From an uncultured Methanosarcinales archaeon (lineage in GTDB: Archaea; Halobacteriota; Methanosarcinia; Methanotrichales; Methanotrichaceae), in the NCBI GenBank assembly GCA_963843555.1, contig CAWJKV010000007.1, positions 168,073 through 232,072 on the forward strand: 64,000 bases of DNA, in the 5' to 3' direction. Below are positions 42,209-52,326 of this stretch, in pieces. The number at the start of each line of letters is the position of its first letter. Position 1 is the first letter of the stretch. The notes below the pieces were generated by a model. It did not search any database, had not been told where the DNA came from, and was given only the letters and a program-made list of their open reading frames with translations. The position numbers were made by a program, and so were the translations under genes.

Positions 42209-42615
42209 TACTCCTTCTTCGTCGCCTCTAGATACCGTCCCTGGCGCAGGTATATTACGGTGATGCCTTTACTAAATAACCTTTTCTTCAGAGCTTTGTC
42301 ATTGGTGAAGACGGCTGCGCCTTCGCTTATGGCCAGCTCCTCGATGGCTTGATCGGCATCAAAATTGTCTTCTCCAACGATATGGCAGCACTCGGAGAGT
42401 CCCAGTGCCACGCGGGCAGCAATTTTGTCCCTTCCTTTATCGGCCTTGGTTGCCAGAGAACGGAGCTCTCCCAGGACCTCGGCCGGAACGATCCACTGCA
42501 CATATCCCAGACGCTGCAGCTCGTTGAAGATATCCACTCCGAACTGCTCGGGCACCATCAATGCGTTTGTGTCGATGATTACCTTTATGCTATCTGTATC
42601 GAGGATTTCCTTCAT
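42205..42615 (-). CDS. PIN domain protein (Fcf1-like)
   Basis: IIDTNAL, ADQAI, TNDKAL; conserved synteny. Confidence 0.9.
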   Translation of the reverse strand: MKEILDTDSIKVIIDTNALMVPEQFGVDIFNELQRLGYVQWIVPAEVLGELRSLATKADKGRDKIAARVALGLSECCHIVGEDNFDADQAIEELAISEGAAVFTNDKALKKRLFSKGITVIYLRQGRYLEATKKEY

Positions 42616-42624
42616 GCCGCTCGA

Positions 42625-43920
42625 TTACTCAATTATGGTGCCGACGCCAATGAGCCGCCATCTGGCGCCAATGCGCCTGCTCACGGCCACGCGGTCTCCC
42701 TTATCGGCGCAGACGGGCCTCTTGAGCTGCACCTGCACCACGCCGCCCTCACGAGCACTGGTGACGACTCCCACGGTTGTGGCTGTGCCGACGTTGAGCA
42801 TGAGCGGCTCGCTGGAGTGGATGGGCTCTACATTGGATTCGTCCGTAACTCCCACGACCCTTTCCAGGAGCTGCATATTCATGGTAAAAGTGCCTCTTGC
42901 GGGCGGAAGTTTGCCGGGTTCGCCTGCAACCTGGCCCACCAGAGCATCACTCTTGGTCATGATGGGGTCGAGCAGAGTGCCTACGCCCATCAGGCCGCCG
43001 GGAGTTATCTCATCCTGGACATGACTTCCGGCCAGAAGAGTTACAACTTTGGTCTGAATGGGGACCCATTGTTTCCTGCCTTCGTATTCCACCAGCCTGC
43101 CCGGGCAGATCTCTATCTTGTCGCCTATGTGCAGCACTCCCTGGCTGAGGGAGCCGCCGATGACTCCGCCTTTGAGGGCCTCCGGCGAGGCTCCTGGCCT
43201 ATTGATATCGAAGGATCGAGCGACCTTCAACAAGGGGGGCTTGTTAATGTCTCGGGACGGCGTGGGTATTTTCTCCTCGATGGCCTGTATGACCATATCG
43301 ACATTCAGGTTCTGCTGAGCTGAAATTGGAACAATGGAAGCATTTTCGGCAACGGTTCCTTTTATGAAATCTTTGATCTGGCGATAGTGCTCCAGTACTT
43401 CTTCCCGGGACATGAGATCGATCTTATTTTGCACTATCACGATTTTATCGATACCTGAGATGTTGAGGGCCATGAGATGCTCTTTGGTCTGCGGCTGGGG
43501 GCAGGGCTCATTGGCAGAGATGACGAGCACCGCACCATCCATAATGGCGGCTCCGCAGAGCATTGTGGCCATGAGCGTTTCGTGGCCCGGGGAGTCCACG
43601 AAGGAAACGGTTCGCAGAACTGCAGTCTCTGTGCCGCAGTGGGGGCATTTCTCTTCTACGCTATAATTATCCGGCTCCGGGCATTTAGGGCACTTTCTGA
43701 AGGTCGCATCCGCATAGCCCAGGCGAATGGAGATGCCTCTTTTGACCTCTTCGCTATGCTGATCGGTCCAGACTCCGGAGAGCGACTTAACAAGAGTGGT
43801 TTTGCCGTGATCGACATGGCCAACCATGCCGATATTGACCTCTGGTTTTTTGGGCGCAGGCTTTTCTGCCTCGGTTTTTGGATCTGATTTAACCTCAGAT
43901 TTGATATCGGATTTTGCCAA
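42625..43920 (-). CDS. eif2g: Translation initiation factor aIF2 gamma subunit
   Basis: [33 protein letters not shown]. Confidence 0.97.
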   Translation of the reverse strand: MAKSDIKSEVKSDPKTEAEKPAPKKPEVNIGMVGHVDHGKTTLVKSLSGVWTDQHSEEVKRGISIRLGYADATFRKCPKCPEPDNYSVEEKCPHCGTETAVLRTVSFVDSPGHETLMATMLCGAAIMDGAVLVISANEPCPQPQTKEHLMALNISGIDKIVIVQNKIDLMSREEVLEHYRQIKDFIKGTVAENASIVPISAQQNLNVDMVIQAIEEKIPTPSRDINKPPLLKVARSFDINRPGASPEALKGGVIGGSLSQGVLHIGDKIEICPGRLVEYEGRKQWVPIQTKVVTLLAGSHVQDEITPGGLMGVGTLLDPIMTKSDALVGQVAGEPGKLPPARGTFTMNMQLLERVVGVTDESNVEPIHSSEPLMLNVGTATTVGVVTSAREGGVVQVQLKRPVCADKGDRVAVSRRIGARWRLIGVGTIIE

Positions 43921-43995
43921 ATTGAAATCTCCTTAAGGATTGTAATGATCAGGGGTTGATGGTTATCACTATATAAATACTTCATGGCTCAGCCG

Positions 43996-44223
43996 TTAGC
44001 CCGGGATTCGATTATTTTTCAGCAATTCTACCTTGTCCAGAATCTCTTTTGAACTCCTTCCACTTCTCAACCGGGATGCGAAATTCCGTTCTTGGACCAT
44101 CCTGTGTACCTCTCGCTGGTCACATACTCGCGGATGTCAATTCCTACTGTTTCGTGAAATTCGGTCTTCTCAACAACGATTCTCAGTGGTATCGCTCTTC
44201 TTTAATCTTCCCGTCTCCACCAT
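43996..44223 (-). CDS. PC4/YdbC-like ssDNA-binding protein (three apparent frameshifts)
   Basis: Manual reconstruction: MVETGRLKKSDTTE/IVVEKTEFHETVGIDIREYVTSERYTGWSKNGI/RIPVEKWKEFK/EILDKVE. Confidence 0.65.
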
Positions 44224-44321
44224 GAAAATGCTCCGAGGTTTGGCTTTCGTCTCCCTGCCATAATTGGCTTTCCAGAAAAGGATTTGGGATCAGATCCTTT
44301 TGCCAGAGGCTGCTTTCTACT

Positions 44322-45273
44322 CTATCTGGAAATGTCTACATGGAAGGCTCTTGTGTCTGCCACAATGTTCTCCCAGGACCGTTTGTAGACGAAGTAGATG
44401 GTCGTCTTGCCCGGCTTCAAGGGCGTGAAGACAAATACAGATGTGCCGCCTGAGCCCAGCGCCCCGGATGGGGACTTCTCAAACTCAGTTCTCGCTTGCT
44501 CGAGGAGGACGTAATCGTAGTCCGCGGTCCAATTATATCCTGTAGTGGGATTGGCAGGTATGGAGATGGTGAACGATTCGTTTACCCGGGCCTGGATCAA
44601 CTGCACCTTCGTCTCCTTATCATCGGGAATTATGTAGTTGTCCACGGGCTGCATGAGTGGATAGTAGTCTACATTCTTATCGTTCAGGATCATGGGCTCA
44701 TCGCCAATTCCGTCGCCGTTCCCGTCCGTTCCGGCATAGTCGGCCCAGTAGTTGCCCAGGCGGCTGCGCAGCACGCGGCTATTGAACTGGTAATTTATCC
44801 CTTCGCTGGAATTCCAGTGAGCAGTCATCTTCCGCGCAGACGCCGCTCTGGCTATTGAAATCGTTGAGGAAGATGGTGGCGGGAAGGACGACCTCCAGGG
44901 TGCAGTTGTCACTATTAGCCCCGTCGCAGCAGGGCCGCCGAACAACAAGGAAGCCCCGCAGAACTGCACCATTGAGCAGCCAGAATTACCCGTCCCTTAT
45001 CCGGATCAAGGGTGGGCTTTCCGCTGCCCGTGTCCAGGCCGTGCAGATTTACAGGTTTGCCAATTATCAGGGATTCGCGGTAGGTTCCCGTCTCCACAGT
45101 TATGGTATCTCCAGGCGAGGCTTCGCCCAATGCGGCCTGGATGCTGGCATAGTTGCAGCCCTGCGGGCAGACGCGCGTCTCGGCCGCGGACGACGGCGGC
45201 AGAATTGCGAGGAGCGCGGCGACGCAAGGAGGGCGAGCAGGACGGGAATAAATAGTCTTTTGTAATCGGGCAT
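44322..45273 (-). CDS. Secreted NosD-like (short) + chagasin/I42 protease-inhibitor domain protein (several frameshifts)
   Basis: Signal peptide, VCPQGCNYASIQAA...GDTITV..GTYRE, GNYWADY.GTDGNGDGIGD, NPTTGYNW, YKRSWE. Confidence 0.75.
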
Positions 45274-45351
45274 GGTAATATGCAGTAATTAGTCTTGAAA
45301 TTTATTAGCTTTCTGATCGGCTTGGCAAGGGAAAAAGGCGGGCGAGCATCC

Positions 45352-46288
45352 ATGTCTCAAGGAAATGTTATGGGAGAGCGGGAGCTGATCCGGCGCATAT
45401 CGGAGATCCTGGGCGGTGTGGAGAACGATGACTGTGCTGTTATTGATGCCGGGGACCGTTATCTTGTAGCCACCACGGACATGCTGCACCAGAAGACCGA
45501 CTTTCCCGATATCATGAACCCCTGGCAGATGGGCTGGATGGCAGTGGCAGTGAACCTGAGCGACATCGCTGCCATGGGTGCAGAGCCTGCGGGCGTGCTC
45601 ATCGCGGCGGGCCTGCCGCCGGAAGCGGATCTTTATTTTATCGATGAGCTTTTCAGCGGATTTGCAGATTGTGCCGCCTTTTACGGCACAAGGATTCTGG
45701 GCGGCGACACCGACTCGCATCAGGAGCTGACCATCACCGGCACGGCCCTGGGTTTCGTGGAGAAGGATCTGGTGCTGCGGCGCAGCGGCGCGCGTGTGGG
45801 CGACCTGCTCTGCACGACCGGCGCGCTCGGCCGCGCAGGCGGAGGGCTGTGGGCCTGGCAGCACGGAGTGGAGAGCGAGTTCATAACAAGTCTGCTGGAG
45901 CCCGAGCCCCGGCTGAAAGAGGGTCGGGCTCTGGCGAAGAGCCGGGCGGTCACGGCCATGATGGACAACAGCGACGGTCTTGGTCTCTCGCTCTCTGATC
46001 TATCGGAGGTGAGCCGGGTGGGGTTTGTGGTGAAGGAGGAGACGTTGCCGGTGGCCAAAGGCCTGGTGGAGATGGTGGGGCACGAAAGAGCTGTTGGAGA
46101 TGGTGATGAGCGCTGGCGGGGACTTCGAGCTTGTCTTTACGGTAAAGCCAGAGGCACTGGAGGCGGCCCGGAAGGCGTGCGAGCTGACGGTTATCGGGGT
46201 TGTGGTGGAAGAGGGGATCTGGATGGAGAAGGGAGGCGAGAGGAGACGGATCGAGGCGAAGGGGTACGAGCACAGGATCGGAGAGTGA
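45352..46288 (+). CDS. thiL: Thiamine-monophosphate kinase (frameshift near 46095)
   Basis: GERELI, DDCA, NLSDIAAMGA, GGDT, MDNSDGL, GGDFEL. Confidence 0.93.
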
Positions 46289-46349
46289 TTGCGGGAATCT
46301 GAACCTATGAGGAATGATGCCTGCAGTTGATCGAAGTTAGCAAATCTTA

Positions 46350-46490
46350 TCTAGACGAAAAAATTCCACCACTTCTTTCGGGGTTCCGCGCGGTGAGACG
46401 CGGCCCACCGGCCCACTCAAGGCCGTGGCGGCCCCCCTGACCCCGCGTTCGCGGGGGACAATCTGTGAAGCTCTTCCCTTTACGTTTAGA
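46350..46490. other. GC-rich multi-hairpin element (candidate structured ncRNA or MITE)
   Basis: Three internal stems plus imperfect terminal inverted repeats TCTAGACGAAAA / TTTACGTTTAGA. Confidence 0.45.
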
Positions 46491-46830
46491 CGTTTTTAAG
46501 AAGGTCCAGATGAAGCGCTTACATGCCATTATTGTGAGAGAATGAACGAGATGCTTGACATCATTGACTAGTTTTATGCCAACGGAGGTGGATTCATTAA
46601 AGCTATGCCTCGTGGAAATTTCGCATTAAGGTAAAAAATTTGGATTCTGAACCGACGAACCAGATATCCGGCATTGATATCTTCCGAACCACATTTCCAT
46701 TGTTGAAGATCCTTGAGGGTGCGCCATTACCTATTCTGCTCCTTCAAGATCGATCCCCATTACCACAGCAGCCCACAACCGGGAGGCGTCGCCGTTTAAT
46801 TCTCTCGATTCCTGGCATTTACCGTTGGTT

Positions 46831-47265
46831 TCATGTCGCCTTCACCTTCCCTATCGGCTCCTTTTCCGAAGTCGACGTTGCGTTCCCGGTGGAGACCAGC
46901 TCCTCAATCCTCTCCGCCAGCAGTGCTTCGGGATTCTTCGCAGTCAGATAATGTCCAGCCTTCGCATACCAGAGATATTTCTCATGCTCCAGCGCTTCAG
47001 CAGCAGATCGATAAGTTATCCAGTTACCATGAAACTGGTAGATGCTCTGCAGCGACTCAAGGATGACTACTATTACGCCCAGAGATCCCGTTACAGCCGG
47101 CGTACTCAATCCCGCAGCAAATGGAACCAGTGCTGCGGCTATGATCTCGACCACCTTGAGCCTCTTAAACCAATCTTGATTCCAGGCGCTCTTTTCGCTG
47201 TACCATTTAATCTGGTCTTCCATCCTCTCCAGTGTTATATTCATGACCATTGCCCTAACCCCCAT
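46831..47265 (-). CDS. DUF4231 / SLATT domain two-TM protein
   Basis: RMEDQIKWYSEKS...NWITYRSAAEALEHEKYL...LAERIE. Confidence 0.85.
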   Translation of the reverse strand: MGVRAMVMNITLERMEDQIKWYSEKSAWNQDWFKRLKVVEIIAAALVPFAAGLSTPAVTGSLGVIVVILESLQSIYQFHGNWITYRSAAEALEHEKYLWYAKAGHYLTAKNPEALLAERIEELVSTGNATSTSEKEPIGKVKAT

Positions 47266-47385
47266 AGCTCTAAATAAGACCGCTCGATTTGCGTTTGGAT
47301 TGCTCGGATTGCTTTGGATTGTTCCTCCAATCCCTTTGGGCTATCTGAATATATTCTGCTCAGGATTTCAAATCTTCGGAAGAAT

Positions 47386-48321
47386 CTATTTGATCCCGGA
47401 TTCATTGAACATTGGTGTTGGCCCGGTCACCGGCTTCGTCCCAAAATATGGCTCTCTCCTCGCATTAGCAGCCCTGAGCAGCTCTTTGATCTTCTCAGTG
47501 TCGCAGGTATCAATCTCGATCAGATTGTCGCTGCGCAGCAAGCAGGGCTTGATCTTCCCGTCCGAGGTGACGCGAAGACGCGTGCAGTTGGCGCAAAACT
47601 CTGTGTTGTCCATTGGCCGGACGACCTCCACCTCTGCCCCGTCCAGGAAGTACTTCCGGCGTCGGTGCATCGCGCGCGTGCGGATGCTGTCCGCCCGGGC
47701 CTGCAGGCCTCGTTCAATGCCTTCGATGTCTCCCGAGATGCCCAGATTCTTCAGATCGAGAAGCTCGATGAGCTGCAGTATCACGCCCTTCCGGCGGCTA
47801 AAATCGATCAATCCCGGGATCTCATGCTCATTCTTCTTCAAGACCACCACATTCAGTTTGATGGGCTCGAGGCCTGCTCTTTTGGCAGAATCAATTCCTG
47901 CCAGGACACTCTCCATGTCTCCAGCTTTTCCGCCTGTGATGGCACAATAGTTCTCCGGGTTTAGCGAGTCCAGGCTCACATTTACTCTGTCCAGCCCGGC
48001 TTTTGCCAGAGATTCGGCCTGATCGGCGAGAAAGATGCCATTGGTGGTCAAAGAGATATCCAGATCCGGAGGCATTTGCGATATCAAACCAGCCAAATCT
48101 TTTCGTAGGAGCGGCTCTCCGCCCGTGAACTTCAGGGAGCGAACTCCCAGTTCGGCTGCCGCCCTGGCGACATTCACCACCATCTCGTCCGGGATCTCTT
48201 CTTTCGGCCCCACCTCGCCCTCGTGGTGGCAATAGATGCACTTCAGATTGCAGCGAGGGGTCAGAGCGATCCGCAGGCCCGTTACCGGTCGGCCGAAAGA
48301 GTCCACCATCTGGCAGCGCAT
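47386..48321 (-). CDS. moaA: GTP 3',8-cyclase
   Basis: CNLKCIYC, TGGEPLLR, FCANCTRLR...KPCL. Confidence 0.95.
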   Translation of the reverse strand: MRCQMVDSFGRPVTGLRIALTPRCNLKCIYCHHEGEVGPKEEIPDEMVVNVARAAAELGVRSLKFTGGEPLLRKDLAGLISQMPPDLDISLTTNGIFLADQAESLAKAGLDRVNVSLDSLNPENYCAITGGKAGDMESVLAGIDSAKRAGLEPIKLNVVVLKKNEHEIPGLIDFSRRKGVILQLIELLDLKNLGISGDIEGIERGLQARADSIRTRAMHRRRKYFLDGAEVEVVRPMDNTEFCANCTRLRVTSDGKIKPCLLRSDNLIEIDTCDTEKIKELLRAANARREPYFGTKPVTGPTPMFNESGIK

Positions 48322-48365
48322 TGATGAGCAGCTTGTATGCTGCTAGTATTAGAACTCTGTTCCAA

Positions 48366-48755
48366 CTAGTATTCTATCTCACCCAGGCTGCGCTTGAGAT
48401 AGCTGAGCAATATCATGGCCACTATTATGCAAACGGCTAGGCCGGAGAGCAGTTCCTCCCCTGATTGGGGCGGGGCCTTCAGGTATATTATGCCACCGGA
48501 AAGCAGTGTCAGCATAAGGGTTACAATAAGCGACACCAGCATGGACCACATAATTGACCCCACTTCGTATCGCTCGAAGAAGGACGCAGAAAGGACGAAG
48601 GCGATCGCCGCCAGGATCAGGATTATGGAGAAACGTAAAGCCGGACCATCTCGGAAAAGCTGGATCAGCCCGAGGGCCAGAACCATCATCACTATTGACA
48701 GGAGTCCTGAAGCAAGAAAAGCCTTCAGAATGTAGTTCTCAAACCGAAACTCCAT
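48366..48755 (-). CDS. Hypothetical 4-TM membrane protein
   Basis: Hydrophobic 129 aa ORF with RBS GGAGG. Confidence 0.7.
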   Translation of the reverse strand: MEFRFENYILKAFLASGLLSIVMMVLALGLIQLFRDGPALRFSIILILAAIAFVLSASFFERYEVGSIMWSMLVSLIVTLMLTLLSGGIIYLKAPPQSGEELLSGLAVCIIVAMILLSYLKRSLGEIEY

Positions 48756-48874
48756 CCTAAACCTCCAGACCTTTATAGAGACTATATTGAATATAAAGAT
48801 TGTGTTTAGTTGCCTTCAAATAGTTTCGTATCCGAGTCTTCAAAAGCCAAAATCTTCAAAAAACTAAATTCTAC

Positions 48875-49282
48875 CTATTCAATTCCAGCCTTAATCTCCG
48901 CATCCAAAGCCGTCATGACCCGCATATGTTCATCTTTCAGCATTTCAGCCTTCTCTTTTGCCCCGTCCATGACACTGGACCGGCCCATCATCTCCAGCTC
49001 CTTGCTCATCGCCGAAAGGCGCATCGCCCCCACATAGGCGCTGCTGGACTTCAAGCTGTGAGCTGCCACTTGCAGCCCCTTTGCATCACCCGATTCTACA
49101 GCCTGCAAAATTGCTTTTACCTTTTCTGGCGAATGCTCGATAAAAAGGCCGCCCACCTCAGCAATTATATCTGGATCCCCAACATCCTGCAGCTCCCGCA
49201 AGCTGGCCAGCACCTTTCGATCAATAACCTCGCAGAAACCTTCTTCTCCTTCCTTCATCTCTAGCACTTCCACTATAACCAC
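48875..49282 (-). CDS. Hpt (histidine phosphotransfer) domain protein
   Basis: AAHSLKSSSAYVGA. Confidence 0.9.
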   Translation of the reverse strand: MVIVEVLEMKEGEEGFCEVIDRKVLASLRELQDVGDPDIIAEVGGLFIEHSPEKVKAILQAVESGDAKGLQVAAHSLKSSSAYVGAMRLSAMSKELEMMGRSSVMDGAKEKAEMLKDEHMRVMTALDAEIKAGIE

Positions 49283-49399
49283 AATCCCTTCGATATAGAA
49301 GTCTAACTAATTTCGTACTATTTATTCTTACCTTTTGTCCCTTCTTCCGGCCCTTGATTTTTCAGAAGAAATTCAAATCAGATCGATCATCCATGTCCC

Positions 49400-49520
49400 T
49401 TTGAAAGTTTGAAACTTCTTCCGATAGCGCTAGCAAGCTATCTCATGCTAACGGATTTGCTGACATAGTCGTCCATCACTGCCTCGATGCTCTCGCGAAT
49501 GGCCTTTAGAAGAACTTCAT
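49400..49520 (-). pseudogene. Decayed receiver-domain C-terminus
   Basis: LKAIRESIEAVMDDYVSKSVSMR*LASAIGR resembles the receiver consensus ...EAGMDDYISKPV... Confidence 0.5.
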
Positions 49521-49554
49521 CCCTTTGCAGCTAATCTGCTCTGCTCCCCAGCTA

Positions 49555-49850
49555 TTGATGCGGTCATCGCCGAGGTGGAGAGGATATTCGCTACGAGTAT
49601 CCGCGGCATACTCAATAAATTGAATGCATTCCATGATGAAGACTACATTTCATTAGACGGAAACACGAGTCATGGGCCTCTTCGCAGAAAATTATGGAGG
49701 ACAAGTTTAAAATATATAACGAATATGCCACTGTTGTGAAAGATGTCGCTGAATATAGTGAACAGATCCTGCTGAAGCTGGATAAGCTTCCTGGGAGACC
49801 TCATGCCTAAAATGCTGGAGCGCGGCCAACTGGAGCAAATGGCCGGCATT
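49555..49850 (+). pseudogene. Degenerate paralogous copy of the 3' half of the following gene
   Basis: Collinear DNA similarity with about 50270-50567 (GATGCGGTCATC..GAGGTGGAGA, GAACAGATCCTGCTGAA.CTGGATAAGCT, TGGAGCAAATGGCCGGCAT). Confidence 0.8.
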
Positions 49851-50615
49851 CTACACAGAAAGATCCGAGGGCAAGAGTACGTGGACAGAAAAGAGCTGAT
49901 TGGACTATTGAGCCTGAATTTAGGCATTGCTGCAGCCAACATAATTGTCTTCGCAATAATAGGACTGGAGTTTCCCGGGGCCAGTGCATTGGAAACGGCC
50001 TTTGGCGGCACAATAATCGTTTTAAGCGGCGTCGGGTTGACCTACGGCAACTATAAGCTCCTTACCAGAGAGGAGATAATAATTCCACCTCCTGAATGGA
50101 CGCTGGAATATTGTATTGAAGTGCTGAACAATCACCTGGGGCTCAAGACATTCGAAGAAACCATTGGCTTTCTGCTAGACCAGATTGAGCGGCTGAAGAA
50201 AAAGAATAGGACTATCCGGGATATCCTTCAGCAGAAATTCAGCGACTCAGAGATAAGCTACCGGAAATTTGATGCGGTCATCACTGAGGTGGAGAAGATA
50301 TTCGTCAAGAATATTCGCAGCATCCACAATAAAATGAATGCATTCGATGAAGACGACTACAATTCCATCAGAAAGAAATACGAAGCAGGGGCCTTTTCGC
50401 AGCAAGTTATGGAGGAAAAATTCAAGGTCTATGACGAATTCATAACATTCGTGAGGGCTGCCACTGAATATAATGAACAGATCCTGCTGAAACTGGATAA
50501 GCTGCTGCTGGAGATATCAGACTTTGACGGCGTAGATCCCAGCCAATTGGAGCAAATGGCCGGCATGATCGAGATCGATAATTTGATCAAGCAGGCAAAA
50601 TACTATAAGAATTGA
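49803..50615 (+). CDS. Two-TM coiled-coil protein (XpaC-like partner of TelA); start uncertain
   Basis: Two N-terminal TM helices and a helical C-terminus; first gene of the vWA-TelA operon. Confidence 0.65.
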   Translation: MPKMLERGQLEQMAGILHRKIRGQEYVDRKELIGLLSLNLGIAAANIIVFAIIGLEFPGASALETAFGGTIIVLSGVGLTYGNYKLLTREEIIIPPPEWTLEYCIEVLNNHLGLKTFEETIGFLLDQIERLKKKNRTIRDILQQKFSDSEISYRKFDAVITEVEKIFVKNIRSIHNKMNAFDEDDYNSIRKKYEAGAFSQQVMEEKFKVYDEFITFVRAATEYNEQILLKLDKLLLEISDFDGVDPSQLEQMAGMIEIDNLIKQAKYYKN

Positions 50616-50631
50616 TGGGTGGAGCATAAAC

Positions 50632-52309
50632 ATGATTGACAAGAGCAACCAGAACGTAATTTTAAAGATAATCGGATTAGCAGTTGCGGTATTTATCTTG
50701 ATTTTATATAGTTGATGCTATGATAGGGAGGCCCGGGCCCGATCCTAATCTCCCTCCGGATGAACAGCTGAAGGCCATGATCGGAGAAATAGATGTGAAA
50801 ACAGTCCCGCATCAGATGGGCAAGGTTGATATTCTGCCCCCTGAACTGATCGATATCCTGCCCCCTATCTCCAAATATCCGCCGCAGGTGAACAGCAGCA
50901 CACCCAGCTACATCGAAATATTTTCCTCAACCGAAAAAGCGGGCAGCGGTACTGATGGCTGGCTGACAGAGGTGGCCAGAGACTTCAACGACGAAAAAAT
51001 AATGATCGACGGCAAACCGGTATCGGTAAGGCTCAGAGGAATCGCTTCCGGGCAAGGTGCCGATTATATTACCTCTGGCAAGTATTTGCCGGATGCCTAT
51101 ACGCCGTCCAATGAACTCTGGGGCGAGATTATCAACTCCCGAGGGGTTAAAGCGGAAATGGTGGAAAAGAGACTTGCTGGCAATGTGGCCGGGATCCTGC
51201 TCACCAAATCCAAGAAAGACGAGCTGGAAGCCAAATACGGGGAAATCAATATCGAGACGATTGTGGATGCTGTCGCAAACAAAGAAATGACTATGGGCTA
51301 CACCAATCCTTTCGCCAGTTCAACAGGGCTGAACTTCTTGATTTCGACACTGCAGACCCTTGACAGCAATAACTCATTGAGCGATAAAGCAGCAGCAGGA
51401 TTTGAGAGCTTCCAGTCCAATATTCCCGTGGTTGCCTATACAACTTTGCAGATGAGGGATGCAGCCAAATCAGGTCTTCTGGATGGTTTCATCCTGGAAT
51501 ACCAGACCTACATGAATACACCGGATATCAGGTCCTACGAATTTATTCCCTTTGGAGTCAGACACGACAGCCCAATGTATGCGATCGGCGAGCTATCGGA
51601 AGAGAAAAAGAAGATCCTGAATGAATTTGTTAAATTCTCTCAGCAGGAAAAGTACCAGAACCTGGCCACCAAATATGGCTTTAACGGCCTTAATCAATAC
51701 AAACCCGAGGCTGATGCAGTCAGTGGCGACGTGATCATCCAGGCCCAAAAACTCTGGAAGGAAAAGAAAAACACCAGGAATATCGGCGCCGTCTTTGTGG
51801 CTGATGTTTCCGGCAGCATGATGGGCGAGCCGCTCAATAAACTGAAGGAGTCACTGCGCCAGGGTCAAAAATACATTGGCGAGGACAATCTGATTGGCCT
51901 GGTATCATATTCCGATGATGTCAATATCGATCTGCCCATTGCCAAATTCAATCTGACCCAGAGGTCCCTGTTTGCCGGAGCGGTTGATGACATGCAGGAC
52001 GGTGGCAGCACGGCAACCTTCGATGGGATTGCTGTCGCCATGCAGATGATCCTGGACCAGCAGGCAATAAATCCCAATCTGAAACCGATGATTTTCGTTC
52101 TCAGCGACGGCGAAACCAATAGAGGCTATTCTCTGAACGATATCAAAGACATAGTTAAGAAACTCGGAATACCAATCTACACAATCGGCTATAATGCAAA
52201 TATCCCGGCCCTGCAGGAGATCTCCAGCATCAATGAGGCTGCCAGTATTAACGCCGATACCGAAGACGTTGTCTATAAACTGGCCAATATGTTTAATGCC
52301 GAATTGTAA
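50632..52309 (+). CDS. Membrane-anchored substrate-binding + vWA domain protein (frameshift near 50705)
   Basis: MGYTNPFASSTG; MIDAS DVSGSM, TATFD, LSDGE; upstream out-of-frame TM segment MIDKSNQNVILKIIGLAVAVFIL. Confidence 0.88.
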
Positions 52310-52326
52310 TCCTGGGAGGAATTAAG

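Noticed and set aside
40300..43920. Several TTG start codons in the core cluster
   Set aside because: Alternative starts are common in methanogens; not unusual
21937..46288. Programmed frameshifting or Pyl/Sec read-through explaining split genes
   Set aside because: The breaks are out-of-frame indels at unrelated sequence contexts, not in-frame UAG/UGA or shared slippery sites
46350..46490. tRNA, 5S rRNA or hammerhead ribozyme
   Set aside because: No T-arm/anticodon cloverleaf, 5S consensus or CUGANGA core
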